A stretch of 63,144 nucleotides of DNA, filler included, from Jimgerdemannia flammicorona (taxonomy: Eukaryota): assembly GCA_003990765.1 (NCBI GenBank). It is 2 parts of 2 records of this genome, joined end to end, with 100 filler letters (N's around TTAATTAATTAA, not from the genome) between each part and the next. Parts side by side here need not be neighbours in the genome. Positions count along the whole stretch, not along the records: positions 31,627 to 63,144 come from RBNJ01000391.1; 1 more part is not named here. One strand, written 5' to 3'. The notes beneath the pieces are model-generated. The model worked only from the letters and a program-made list of their open reading frames with translations. It was not told the origin of the DNA and made no database searches. How positions within the stretch are numbered: position 1 is the stretch's first letter; each line of letters begins with the position of its first letter. The translations under genes and the position numbers were made by a program. This document shows positions 36,201 through 49,922 of the stretch, one piece after another.

Positions 36201-38399
36201 CTTTATTCTACTCTATTTTCAACTACTATCTCTTTATATACCATTTCTTCTATCTAGGAATAAGATAATATATAGTTTTATACTAATATTTCTTCTACTT
36301 ATCTGGAAGTAAGACAACATATAGTCTTATACAGATATTTTCTACAAAATATTTTTTCTTCTCTTAATATCTAAATACTACCTTTATATTAATATTCTCA
36401 AAAAGCTCATAATAAAAAAAAAGTCAAAATATATATAAAATAGTTGAAAAAGATAAGAGAATATAATACTCAGATCTGAGATACATATATAGAATTTGCA
36501 GTCCAATAATTCACTATAAGAAGTAACTTTAAGCAGATCAGACTCTGATACATATTTGAGCCCTATGGACACCCTAGCTCTATACTATAGTACTGTACTA
36601 GCAGTACTACAAAGCAGAGCCAAGGAGGTAGTAAAGCCTAGCAAAAGTTCAAACTAGTACTACAAAATAAGATTGGTGGAGTTAGTAGAGGAAGTATGCA
36701 AAATTTATAACTCTCCACCAGTAGCAAAGAGCAGCTCCAAGCTACAAGCTAGTGCAGGAGTCCAGATTAGAGAGAGTATGCAAAATTTGTAGCCCAATGA
36801 CCTACTGTGAAAAATATCTTCAAGCAGTTGGACTCTAGTACAGATTGGACTCTAGTGTAGATTGAACTCTAGTATAGATTCAGGTCTTGTGGACATTCTG
36901 GCTCTATGCTATAGTATCATACTAATAATACTATAAAACAGAGTCAAGAGATCAGTAGAGTCTAGCAAAAGCTAAAAACTAGTACTACAAAATAGTTGTC
37001 TAACTCTTATAAAAGACTGTCTAATCTTTACAAAAAGACTGCCTAGCCTAATCTTTACAAAACTGCTCCATCTGTTAGTTCCAGGTCTTGATGAGTCTAT
37101 TATCTATTATGAGTACAACTACTATAGTATTTGAGCTCTCCTCAAAGATAATAATACCATAGAGGTCATGTGGTTGAAATAGGATAGCCATGTTGACTGC
37201 AAACAGGACCTCAAAACCATAGATGAGATTATACTAGATATTACTACTGTTCTCTCAAGTTGGGTCCTTCTTCTCTAGAATATAAAATATTACTAGAGTG
37301 ATATTACTATCTATATATATAGGTAGAGAAATATTATACTCAATGTATTCCAATGTGATACAAGTATATGGTTGAGTGAACTCTTAGCCCAGGATCTCAT
37401 ATTGTTAGATAGTACTAGAGAATATCTATTCTTTATCTAGCTCTAGAAGTCTTAGCTTGAAAATCTACTGAAATAAACAGTATCTTATCAATTCTTTTTG
37501 TATATAAGTGGGCAGAAACTCTCAGACTATATCAAAAAAAAGTCAAGCTTCTCACCTCATATGGTATGCTAAATTGTATCAAGAATATACATATAGCTAT
37601 ACTGAGAGTACTATTAAGCTAGTCTGCTGTTTACTCTAGCAATCTGCTCAAAGAACTCTAGATCATGGCTACCATTACTGTACAGATCATGTTATGCTTA
37701 CATGTAGCTTATTCTTTGACAATACTTTTAAAGTTTCAATAAGAATATAGAATTCTGTATATTTTTAGAAATTTAACAAAAATATATTAGTAAAAAAAAT
37801 CTCAAAAAAAAAAAAGATAAATGTGAAGGATTTTGGAAAAAAACTCTAGAAAATCCACTCTTTGCCAATATTGTAGTATATCTAATTCTCATCCAAACTC
37901 TCTCTCCTTACTTTTATACTCTCTTTTTCCTATCACTTGATATTTGATATAATTCTTGCAAATCTTATTAATATAGTAATAAAGCTTATTACCATAAAGA
38001 TTTCTTATCACCATCACAATAATCTCTCTATATTTATTAATAATGATATAGTTCTCTTTGTTATTGAGTACTCCAGTAGGCCAATGAACTTCTTGATTGA
38101 GAATAATTGGCTCTGATTAGAATATAGATCTCAAGCCTTAATAGTAATACTGATATTGTTCATATTAAATAACTTAGCCTTAAACTTTCTAATTTAATTA
38201 GATACTGAATATGATCAAACTTAGGTAACTTTGAATTCTCCTCTATAGTGAAACTGAGCCTTGATCTGAGTAGTGAACTGAGTTAAGTATGCAGATAGAT
38301 TATATGTATATATATAAGTATTATATAAGAGTTTTTAGGAAAGAATATATAAAAATAAAGTTAAATAAAATACAAAGTAAGTATTCAGAAAAAAAGCAT

Positions 38400-38475
38400 A
38401 AGAATAAGTTGTATGCAGATAAGTTGCATGCAGATGAGTTATATGCAGATGAGTTATATATAGATGAGTTATACA
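38400..38475 (+). repeat. 15-bp tandem repeat (GATRAGTTRYATRYA), ~5 copies
   Basis: Directly visible. Confidence 0.8.
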
Positions 38476-38724
38476 AGATTACTCATAAAGGCTTGCTTCT
38501 AATCTTTTTGAAATCTCCACTATATAATATATTGATTCAATAGCTCAGTCACCAAAAGTATATCTTATAACATTCTCCAGCCTTTCTTCATCTTGATCAG
38601 ATATTGCAAATAAAGTTGACAGATCTTGTTAAAGAGCTATAGACCTTGAGAGAAAGAGAAATAGTATAAAATTAACTTAGTCATATTATGGGAATTTAAA
38701 TATAGTGACAAAAAGACAATCTAT

Positions 38725-39380
38725 ATCTACTATTAGCTACTCTAAAAAGACTACTACATATGTAGCTATGAGGTCTATGAATTCTGAGATCTGAAGAATT
38801 ACTATAAATTATTACTGAAATTCTCTCTTATCTTCATTATTGTCATTGCCATTACTATCGCTATTACTATTGTCATCACTACCACTATTTTGGCTCTTAA
38901 TAAGTAGTTTGTATACTACCTATATAAGAAAAAAATTTAATATTATTAGTAGAGAGTACTTTTCCATTTTAAATATTCTCTCTTTTGATAATCATTAGAT
39001 AAAAAAATAAGTAAACCAATATATGATTAAGGGCTGCTATTTATTTATTTATGATATAGCTAGAGAAATAAAAAAGAATATTAGAGAACAAAGAAAGAGA
39101 GAATAAAGAAATAGAGAATAAAGAAAGTATAATATCACCAAAGATAAAAAGAGAGTGATATCATCAAAGATAAAGAAAGAGTGATATCACCAAAGATAAA
39201 AAGAGAGTAATATCATCAAAGATAAAGAAAGAGTGATATCACCAAAGATTTCAAGTGATCTAAATTAATTTAGATCAATTCAGATTAGATTATATAATCA
39301 ATCTGAGTTGATTTAAATCTATTATATGATAAATCCGAATTAAATCTCATCCAGATAAATTGCATTTATTAGGAGTACTA
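38725..39380 (-). mobile_element. Hypermutated paralogue of the 1-666 transposon terminus (the element extends further left)
   Basis: Colinear with 1-666, and differences are overwhelmingly C>T/G>A. Confidence 0.85.
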
Positions 39381-41200
39381 GTTGACTATCAAAGTTGGAT
39401 TCCTTACTCTTACTTTCAATCTTACATATCCTTATTGGAAGAATTTATAAGTTTCTGGAGAATTAGGGCTTGCTCAAGATTCTTAAGAAGAAGTTAGTAT
39501 TTAGATCTTTGAGATATTTTCAAGATGAGGTGAGTTAGGGTAAATTTTCTAGAGTTTTATAAATTTTTCCTACAATTTCAATAGTCAGAGACTGTTGAAA
39601 TTATAGAAATATAGAAAAAAGTTATAGAAAAAATTTGACCAATTACATTACTTTAAAATTCTTAAATTTTCAATATTTAGAATTCTATAACTAACTTTGA
39701 AACCCCCTAATACTTTAGAAGATATATTAAAAAAAACTATAAGTTTTTATATTTAGTATAAAATTAATTAGTAATATAATTTTTACTATAATATTAAGAT
39801 TGAAAAAGAATAAAACATTACTTGGTCTTATTATTACAATCTTTACTTATTATCTAGTTTCTTATTATTATAATTTTTTATAAATATATATAAAAATGAG
39901 TTATTTATATCAGCTTATTGAATAATATTTTAGCAATTTTTACTAAAGTAAATTTGAAGTTTACCAAAGTTGAGAAGTGGTAGAAATACTATCAGCTCAG
40001 AAAGAAGTTGAAAAGAAGCAGGCAGATAACATTTACAATTTAATAAAATATTAGAGTGACCGAGAGATCTAAAAATGCAAGACAAGCTGAGGGTTTCTTA
40101 ATTCTCTTGGCAGCAGCTGCATGAAATTCAGTGTTTAATTTAGATATTGTGTTATTTGATTATGATAACAAAACTGGAAGTTGTGTGGCCAATCTAAAAA
40201 TAATTCGGGCACCGCCGAGTTGTGACCTATCGACGCTTTAGAAACCCCTAACAGGAAGAAAGTCACCTCATGTGTGTACATAATCGATCCTAGTGGAATG
40301 AATATCCACACGTCACAGCTAAACATAGCACACCACAGATTAAGCCTCCTTTGTTACACACAAAGGCGCTTGCTTCGTACTTATCACCCCACTCTCGTCC
40401 TCTTCCTGCTAAGTTGCTTATTACCTATAGAAAGCCCAAATATTCCTATACCAATATGCACATACTCATTTAGAAGGGAATGGTAAAGTCACGCATAACA
40501 CATGATCCTCCGTTATCTTATCTCTGATCCAAGCGGAAAATATACGCGTGGGAAATCGGCAAAATGAAACCAACCGATCGACGTGATCGCTTGTGTTAAT
40601 CGAACTCGGTTGAGCTTGTACAAGCCGCAGCGACAACGATTCCAGACGTGAGATACATGTACATTGTGTATTGAGCAACGTGGCAAATAAAAATCAATGG
40701 CGAGCGAGGGGCAAAGGTTTGGTAATGAGGTTAGCGGTAATAAGGGCATTCAATGGTCTTGGCAAAAGCAACCTGATCCGACCCTCCGACTATCTAAAGC
40801 TTGACTCATCGTCAGTATACGTTCCGGCTCGGCGAGACACTACATCCGAACCTACGCTGCTCGGTTCCGCATATCCATCCTCCCGAGATTCCGAGACACC
40901 TAATTCATGCGTGCCGGAGTATCCAGAGCACCGAAAGAACGCGTACGCACATTAGTCATCCTACCCACATGACAGTGGAAGGGCCACATGATTCTGTCGT
41001 GCTTCATCCTTGATGCGGACGTAATAGTAGCTCTAGACGGAAATGAGTCTAATGAGTGGCATCAAGATCAAAGGCCAGAATCCTGGACGAGGGTACCAAC
41101 CAGGTATGGTATTGTGGCGCGTGATCTCTTGGCGTGGACAGAGAGCGTGACGCAAAATGCGTGAAGTCGTTTCTAGTCACGAAATCGAACAGAGCATCAG

Positions 41201-41237
<37 letters not shown>

Positions 41238-43522
41238 ACGCAGTGAGGTTCCTAACCCACTTGCCAAACTTCCGAAAACTCCGGGTGTCCCACGCCGGAT
41301 GGACTCAAAACGCTGTTGCATGATGGCGGAAATATACTTTCAAACGTTATGGCGGAAATGTATTTTCAAATGTTATGTCTCGTATCTCTCGTTCCGAAAT
41401 TCCGTGAAAAACAAAAAACAAAAGGTTTATCTCGTCTTTGGCGTTGTTGTCGTAAACGCGGAGAATCAATCCTCAACCCCTGAAACCGCGAGGGCCCAGA
41501 CAACCGGAGAGATGCCAATCCTAGCGTAGCCCGAAGGTATCACTACCAGAGGGGCCTGTGACATAGGCCTTCCCTCTCCCGATCCGTCGCACCGCAAGTA
41601 CAACGAATACAACGCAACAGTATGCATGCGTGTAGATCCGGATCCGGAACTGATCGCGCTGGCGTAACATATGTTTGAAATCCAAACCCCGATGGGCCAA
41701 CCCCACAAAAAAGGACGCCAAGCGGAACAATGGAGAGCCCTGAGTTTTTTTGACCTTCGGCCTCGGATCGGCTCGGAAGCAAATATTGTGGCATCGCCTC
41801 GAAAGGGCGTACTGAACCCAATTTGGATTCCCCGAATTGATGGACCCTTCACGTCATCAACGCCTAGCCAGATTTAGGTGGATGCGCAGATGCCTAGAAA
41901 GTGCTCGAACGGGTGAAGATTTATGTAGTACGGTTCAATGCCGTTGTTTATCCGAGACTTGGCAAAATAACTCTTTGTCAGGGAGCTCCGCGATTCCTGT
42001 ACAGCAACGCGATAAATCTCAACGTACAAGTCGGGGACTCAACTCCGTCTCACACATTGTTGTTGTTTTTTTTTTTTTTTTCGATCACCTGGTACGACAC
42101 TGGAATGATGTATTTTTCTTTAAGGGGCGTGACACAGTTTCCCTTCACAAAAGACGGCGTATTGAATATGACGGTTTTGTCCATCCCTGTAATAACCTGG
42201 ATCTTGGAAAGTAATATCGAATGGCCGAAATGGAAATTGCTCGACAGGTGACTGCCATCTGATCGGGTCTAATCCACATCTCTGACAATTCCGAAGCTCC
42301 GTCCATTGTGAACAAGCAATGTTTCATTGTGGATCGCGATTAACGGAACGGAAATCACATCATTCAGTCCCGCAGGAGTGCCGGAAATAGGTAAACCCGT
42401 AATGCTTATGCAACGTTTCGATCGACAGGAGATGTGGTGGAAGATGATGTCTTATCCTATTAATTTGGATTCGAGTGGTGTTATACTGGACCTTGTGCTC
42501 CGAATGTTTTTCCTTCACGCTTACATTTGGGAATAGATCTCGTAAACAATACCGTTCGGTATGTTGCCGTAATTGTCTCGTCTGAGCAGACAATTAGACA
42601 TTGTAAAATTTCGGCTTTGCTATCCATATGTTCCGATCAGCAGACCCACCATTAATGGCACATTCCCCTGTTGCTATTCTCGCATTGCCAAGCGATTTTT
42701 CGCGGCGGGTCCGGTCATTGTTACTACATAACTATTGCCACCCGATCACACTCGGTGCGTACGTGTCGTCTGGGAGCACGCTTTGATCCCGTGGACCTGG
42801 ATTCCACTCCGGATATCCCCATGACGACGGACTACGACGCCGGTTATACCCGTGGGGCTATGCCTGTTGTGCAGTTGCTGAGGCGCAGCCTCGCTTTTCA
42901 GGCGATGCTAGATCGAAACCATACTCAAAATCGAAACCATGCTCGTGATAGTAGCCATCTTGTTTGCTTTGCTTTTTGGGGTAGGAGGGAGATCTTCCAC
43001 ATGTGGCTTTCGCTTATGTGTGCACGGCAGCGATCCCGAATATTCCTATCCGTCGGAAAAAAAAAAAAAAAAAAAAAAGATGCAGCTGATACGCCACCGT
43101 TATTCAGCGAGCTGAGGTATAAACCTTGTCGGAACCGTATGAGATCCAGTAACTAAATTAACAGGTTCCGTGCCAGGAGTATTGCTCCAGATTCCAGTTC
43201 TTCCAATGCTACGATGGAGCCAACCTTCACACCCCGCGCTTGGCTTTGTGGCGAATGCTTCTATAGTAAATTCTCCACCACGGTCTATTTTCGGCCTATT
43301 AAATTCTAACAGGCGCAGCCCTAGAAATTTGGTGTGACCCTGCTGCGTCATGGTGATTCCGCGACGTCTCCGACTGGTTACACGAACCAGATATGGCCCG
43401 TTCCACAAGCCCGAGCTTTTGGGCGAGGATCCGATGATCAAAAAAAAAAGAGAGAACAAATAAAAGAGGTCACCCCCCCAAAATTCAAATCACAAAATCC
43501 ACCTCACTTACCTCATTACATC

Positions 43523-44641
43523 ATGCCAAAGGATCAGCGCACCCCCTCCCCACCCCAAACACCCCGTAGTTCGCCTACATCTTCACCTTACCTCAAAACC
43601 CAAGAGAAGCCAAGCGACGTCCAGCGCCGCCACCTCGAGCAAATGAGCCAGGCATATCGTGGCGACTATAGCCAAGGCATGCTTCTGCTGCACGCTATCA
43701 GGAGGAATGGCAAGCGAACCCTGACCGAGCAAGCTATTGGTGGGTCTTAATACTGGCTCCATATTTTAGTCTATTGGAAAATATCGAGTTGATCTAACAT
43801 CATTCATAAAACATGCTCTATCTAGCTGAGACGACAAACCACATTCTGCGAATTTGGGAACCCAATACGGAAGTGGATCCTGCCCGTGCCGACGCTTTGG
43901 TTAAATTTGTCAAATTCTTCGTTACAAAGACCCAGTTTCCTCTCGAGGAAATGGCTCTCGAGCAGGCCATCATCATCTCGTGCCTGAACCGCTCCGCGGT
44001 GCCTGTCGTCTGCCCCGTCATTACTTTGGCGCTCGCGACGGTGTACATTGATAGGTTGAGGAAGGTGTGTAGGAAATTTCCCGGTTGGTCCTAGCTTTTT
44101 GTGATCATGCGAACTAATTAATTGACACGGTCAATCACGTCCATTGCAGAAATACCCAACCACTCAAGGTGCCAGCGGATGTACTCAACGCCTATTCTTG
44201 ATGTCATACATTATGGCCGCCAAGTTCATTCATGCCAGTTTGGGTACCTTGATCGCCTCATCAACTCTTCTGCACAACGGCCACCCAATTGTGCGCGATC
44301 GCGTCAAGATGGCCGCCGCACCCTCATGCCTGTTCACGCCGATGCAGACACTCGCGTCGACCACCTCGCTTTTTGCCTCCATGCTCCCGCGCACGACGCC
44401 TCAGGAACTTCACAAGATGGAGCTCGAGTTCCTGCACTTCCTCGATTCAGATCTGACCGTGCACAACGCCAGCGACCTCATGGGCCTATGGGAGAAGTGC
44501 GTTGGCATCGAACAAGTCGTACCGTTCCAGCGCATATCCATCTCGTCGCTGCTCGCCGACGAGGCCGAAAGAATGAAAGTTGAGGACGACGATTCGGGCA
44601 ATGAAGGTGATGACGAGATTGAGGAGGTTCCGAGCTGGTGA
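43523..44641 (+). CDS. Pcl/Pho80-like cyclin-domain protein
   Basis: Exons 43523-43739, 43826-44064 and 44150-44641. Cyclin-box motifs ITLALATVYIDRLRKK, QRLFLMSYIMAAKF and ELHKMELEFLHFLDSDL. Confidence 0.82.
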
Positions 44642-46161
44642 AGGTTCAGTTTCATTTTGGCGTTGGTACAATCGGAAATTGTTGTCGCTCGGTCGCCCCT
44701 TTCCCCGGCGGTTCTTTAGTGATAGCAATGACTATTTACCGAGCTATAATGTGGACTGAATCGATACTTTTCGGATATACCGAACCTGTTACAACAGACA
44801 ATTCCATTCCTTTTCTCTCTCCTTCATTGTAGATAATTTTGTTACCCTCAGGATACAAAATGTACAAAGGTTTATAGATCCTGCAATGCCCTAGATTACA
44901 TGCTTGACTCGTCAGTTTATGCTCCTCCATCGTTCTTTTTTCTTCGTAATATGGCCTGAATATGCGACATCTAAGTGTCAAGCAATCCATAAAACTGATT
45001 GCAGTATTTCTTTCTTTCTTTCCTGAAACAATTCCGAAACAATTCCGCTTGTAGCAATGTTATAAAATTATGTTTGCACGTACTATAATGAACATGAAAT
45101 ATGCCATAATATTTTATTATTATTTTTTATTTATTGGCATTTTGCAAAGTGAGCATGTCCATTTCGGATCCACCAAGTAACAAGTCAGCTGGCGACACCA
45201 TTTTAGTACTATTACTGAATTTAGCACGCCCCTCCCCAAAAGAACCAGAGGTGTAGCCGTGACCGCACCGGGTCCGACGCCACAGCCTTTCATTTAAAGC
45301 TGACTCACCGTCTCGGCAACACAGCCGCTGAGTAAAACAGAGACCAGCGGCAACGATTTCCTTTAGATTCGATTCCTATCATCCTGCACTTCCACGCTTT
45401 CAGCCTGATTATTTTTACGGAAGGCACGGGGCTCGTGGTAAAAATATCAAAATAGACGACGCACCTTGCGGTCAGATGCTGCGCCTCAAACTGTGGTGTG
45501 GCGCATGCCAGCCAAACGTGGCGGAGAAGCTTTTTTAGAAGAATGAGGCTAAACTACTGTTTCCTACCTTGGGAAGTTTGCATTTACCTCCAGCCTAACG
45601 TACCCTGGTCACATTGTTTTTCGCAGCCGCGTTGATTTGACGATTTGACGATTTGACGCCCCCACCATCCCCTTTCGATGCAACCGAGTTTGCGTCCTTT
45701 TTTGGGTCTTCGGTCCAGCCGGGACGGTCAACGAAGCGGGAGTCGGCGATATGGCTATTTTGACTAGAAATCAAGTCCTAAACGGGAGTTCTCAGACCGG
45801 AGGGCATGGATTGTTTGTCTCTTTACCAAACTGTCACACGGTGGACACCCCTCCATCTGAATTTGGTACGATAATCTGGGACAAATTCATATTGAGATTC
45901 CCATTGAACCTGTCCAAACCATCTCCTAACCCCTCGGGCTAGGTTTGCTTGCTCTGATACCGATACATCCTCTTGTGTATTCACGGACTACATTTCAATG
46001 TTATGCACAGTTCCTCATCTAGCCACTAAACAATAGTATACATTCATATCCGCAAAACATCCCCATGAACTGCTATGCAATAAAATCAATAAAATCTTAT
46101 AAAAATGTACTCGGTCCAGCCTCCTTTTCCTTCACGATTCACATCCTGCCAACTCTCATCA

Positions 46162-49100
46162 TCACCCTGTCGACCTCGGTTGAAAAAACAGTTCCCTCTT
46201 TCTCCGTTTAGTCTCCAGTTGATCTCGCTCCATCTCACCAGCTGCCCCCCTCTTACTGTCCGTGCCACCCTGCGGTACCGTTACTCCACCGTTCGGAACT
46301 CTGTCTCTTCGCCGTTCTTCATCCTGCAATGCTACCGCGAAGTGGAAGTCCAGGTGCTCGAGGACCTCGGATTCGGAAACTTGGACATTGCATATTGAGC
46401 AGCGGAGATCAGCGTCGAACTGAGGTCGCAAGATTGAGATAAGAGTCGGTTCGGAGCCGAAATGTTCATGTGAATAAGTTGCTAGCGGTGTAGCCTCTCT
46501 CGCTACTCCCTTGTCTCGTCCTTTAAAAAAATGTCGAATGTCCTTCCGCTCGCCTTTACGCACCAAATTTCCTGGCTGTTCCTCGACACCCTTTGCCACG
46601 GAACTATCGCGCTCCTGTTTCCCGCGCACCAAAAACGCCTCAATCCCGCCGCTCCTGCTACCCTGCCCAGAAGATAGCTGGGGCGACTTCGCACGTCCTC
46701 TGTCATAACTTGCGGTCTCTTTGCTCAATGCGTCATCCTCTTTCCCACTAGCATCCTCACTCAGCATCTCAGCTATTATCATTTCGGTAGCCACCTTTTC
46801 CGCTGCTGGCCCCGTTATCGCTGATTCGCCCTGGGCATGATCTTGCGTCATGGCCGTGGCGCCACGGACAAGGAATCTCGAGATATCAGACCCCTCGGCA
46901 GCGCCATCCTTTTCGAACATACCAGCAGTGAGGGAGAAATTGATCAAGGGAAAATGATTATTTGTGGTGCGGAAGAGCTCGAGGGCTCTTTGAGCGAGGA
47001 TATCTATTGTTTGAGTTGTAGTTGAAAGGTCAGGCAATAGAAAATAACGGCAACTTTATAAAGAGACACGACATTACCTGGCGATTTCAGGTCAAGACGC
47101 CTGAACATCGGACAAGATTTGGATCGTGGCGCGGATTCGGACATGACTCTAAAGTGTATCTGTATGCCGTGCGACACACCCAAAAATTAGTCTCGAACGG
47201 CGATATGACTTCGTTATTTTACCCTTAGTCCACAATCACGTCCTTTCGGTTGTCTCGACACACCAAACGAAATAACACCCACTCCCATTGTCTTCGGCCA
47301 CCGCGCGTGAGTCTCGAAATCGAACTGGATCCGCGTGAAGACCTCTGCGGCGAGAACGTTGAGCCAATGTTCGAGGGTCGCCATGTCTCGCACAGGTGGG
47401 CGGAAGGACTTGGCGGCCATCATCGATTTAGGGATATTTCGGATCGTGACTGTTTGTGTCCATGGGATGTTATGGGATGGAGAAACCTCTTCAGAATAAA
47501 TTGGTAACACATGTGCTTACCATCTTCAAAGTCAATGCCACGACAAATGTTGTGCAGCCATATCCCAGTGGCTTGGCCAAATTTGGATTGCAATTCTTCC
47601 TTCGGATACTTCCTAAAAGTCGTGAATTAGTAGGCAATCCATTTCGTATTGATATTATACGAAGTTCCCTGAACGCCTAAGAATTCAATTTCGAAACCCG
47701 CCCTAAACGCCCTTCGCCACTTACCACATATCTCCTGCGGTACGAATGCCCAGCTCGGTCTCGACTTCTTCACCAAGCTTACCGCCGAGGTTTCGAATTT
47801 TGGTGAAAGGCATATTGCGCATGAAATCGATGACGGCACAGTTGCGCATAATGGTCTGCCGTACGTAGTAAAAGAAGATACGATTGGGAATTTTGCGTCA
47901 ATTAACCCTTTGGGAATGCTACGAATAGGTCGACTAGTAATCACGCATCATAAATAAAGTACCTGTTTGTTGGGCTTGTTGAGGCCAGAACATATTTTGG
48001 CTAAGGCCTTGTTGTGGGTTACGCCTGCATGTAATGTGGTTTCAATCGTGTTGAGTATATGCAACATCGACACACCAAGCTGTTTCACTGTGACAAATCA
48101 ATGACATGAAACTAGAATCACAGCACTCCATACCTGCTGAGCAAGTGTATCCGAGTTCGTCAAACACCGCCTTTCGAATCTCGCGCGCTATCTCGGCCGC
48201 CATCGCCAGCTGCACGTCGTCCCAGTTGACTTTGGGTAATGCCTTCTTGGCCTCTTGGAGCCCATCCGTCCCCGCCCCATCTTTGGCCCTCTCCAAGCCT
48301 TCCGAACAATCCGCTCGTACCTCAACCTTCCCGCCCGCTTCTACACCCACTTCCGACTCCACTTTCGTCCACTCTTCCTTTTCCACCTCTGCGCCCCCAA
48401 CCACAACCCCCAACTCGTCCCATTTTACCTCCACCGGACACCCGATCTCCCCGTCCGGCCTCCCCTCCACCGCAAACAGATGCCCGTATCGCTCCGTCAG
48501 CCGCTGATTTGCGCAGTCGGTCACGTCCATAAACGCTTCGTCAATGCCTGCTTTTTGCAGTTTGGCGCCCAGGCTACCGCAGAAGCGCGCAAAAACGCCG
48601 AAGATCAGCGCCGATGCGCGTCGGTACGGCTCCAGCGACACCTTGTGCGTGGCGTAATGAGGGGAGGGGTGGTAGCGGGGCTCGGGGTCTTGGTTCGCGT
48701 AAGTGGCGACATGAACAAGGATGACGTCTATGATTTGAAGGGGGCGAACGCATGATTTCGTTTCAGAATATACAAAGAGGCACAACATAAAAGACTAAAC
48801 TAGATCAGAGCGTACGCACCAGGGCATTTCTTTTTCGCTTCTTCGATTACACAATGCCGTTGGATACCGGCTTTCCTGGCCGCATAGTTTACTATAATCA
48901 TTATTTCGCGATTAAACATATTGGATTGTGCGCCGCTGCATTGAAAGATCACCTCTATATAAATCGGTCGAACCTGCAATCAAACCGTTCCATTGCTGGA
49001 CAGCGATAGGGGAGTCCGAAGAGAGTCCTAAGCGCAGCTGCTCTGGCATTTGCGAGGACAAATTATATGAACGTCAGTGGTCAAACGCGACATAGCAAAG

Positions 49101-49340
49101 CCAATAGGCCAGTTTAATAACTCTCACTAAGTAAAATGGGACTCACCGACTTGACAATAGAAGCAATCTTCAAGTTCGCGTCGAACGCGTTTCCGACGAA
49201 GCGAATGTTGTTTATTTTTTGGCAAAGTTGAAGTAATTGCATTGCGGCTTAAATAAGTCAACAGTGGCAAACTTACCAAGATCTATGTGCAAAATGCAGC
49301 GCTGGCCTTTGAGCTCCTTGGGCAAGCGTAGCTTTGACAT
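46162..49340 (-). CDS. RAD30: DNA polymerase eta (Y-family), multi-exon
   Basis: RCILHIDL-DCFYCQV, AVQQW, VNYAAR, KVSLEPYRRAS, KAGIDEAFMD, LGYTCSAG and KSMMAAKSF. UBZ finger CSICN...EHLDFHFA and a C-terminal FF PIP-like motif. Confidence 0.92.
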
Positions 49341-49922
49341 GAGAACTCGCGTACGACAAGAACGAAACGAAGTGCTGTGACGTCACCGGGGTTCGAAGTC
49401 ACGCACAGCCCAGAACAGCCCAGAGCCAAGAAGTCGCCAACAGAAAGGTAAAATTAACTCGGGTGTCGCCATGGATATAAGGTCATGTAGCACACGGATT
49501 CATTCCGTTGAAGTAATCCAGTGTGCGGATCTAGAACATTGAATATACATCTCGGGCCAAAAATTAGCTAAGCAATTCCTCTCTTATATATAACCTACAC
49601 CGATGGCTCTGGCGACATTACAGCAACACAGTCCTGCAATCATGAGTCATATGTACATCCCTGAGGTTCTTGCCCGCTCCAATCCCACTGGTGCCCAACC
49701 GGCGTCCCCCAAATGTCACAAAATGAAACCCCGTCTTGTTTCTCTGGGACTACTCGCCCATGTCGACGTTGATGAAGCTTGCACAGAAACCGTTGTCCGC
49801 ACGCAGCATGAACTCATCCGGCGGCGACGCACCAGTGATCCATGCAAGGATCCTCGCAAGCGCCAGAAATGTAAGCATTGGATGGCAGGATTGCAGGATC
49901 CACCTAGTAAGTGAGAAGAAAT

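Larger units (their letters stand above)
33990..39707. mobile_element. Inner degenerate TIR DNA transposon
   Basis: ~41-bp inverted repeat GGGGGTTTCAAAGTTAGTTATA(A/G)AATTCTAAATATTGAAAA at 33990 and ending at 39707. Flanked by TAATA on both sides (33985-33989, 39708-39712). Confidence 0.75.
33056..40207. mobile_element. Outer TIR element bounding the AT-rich island
   Basis: Perfect 26-bp inverted repeat CGAATTATTTTTAGATTGGCCACACA at 33056-33081 and 40182-40207, with patchy inverted similarity ~25 bp further out. No TSD identified. Confidence 0.6.

Noticed and set aside
40210..43500. Short ORFs in the long region upstream of the cyclin gene
   Set aside because: No recognisable domains or consistent exon structure; likely regulatory or intergenic.
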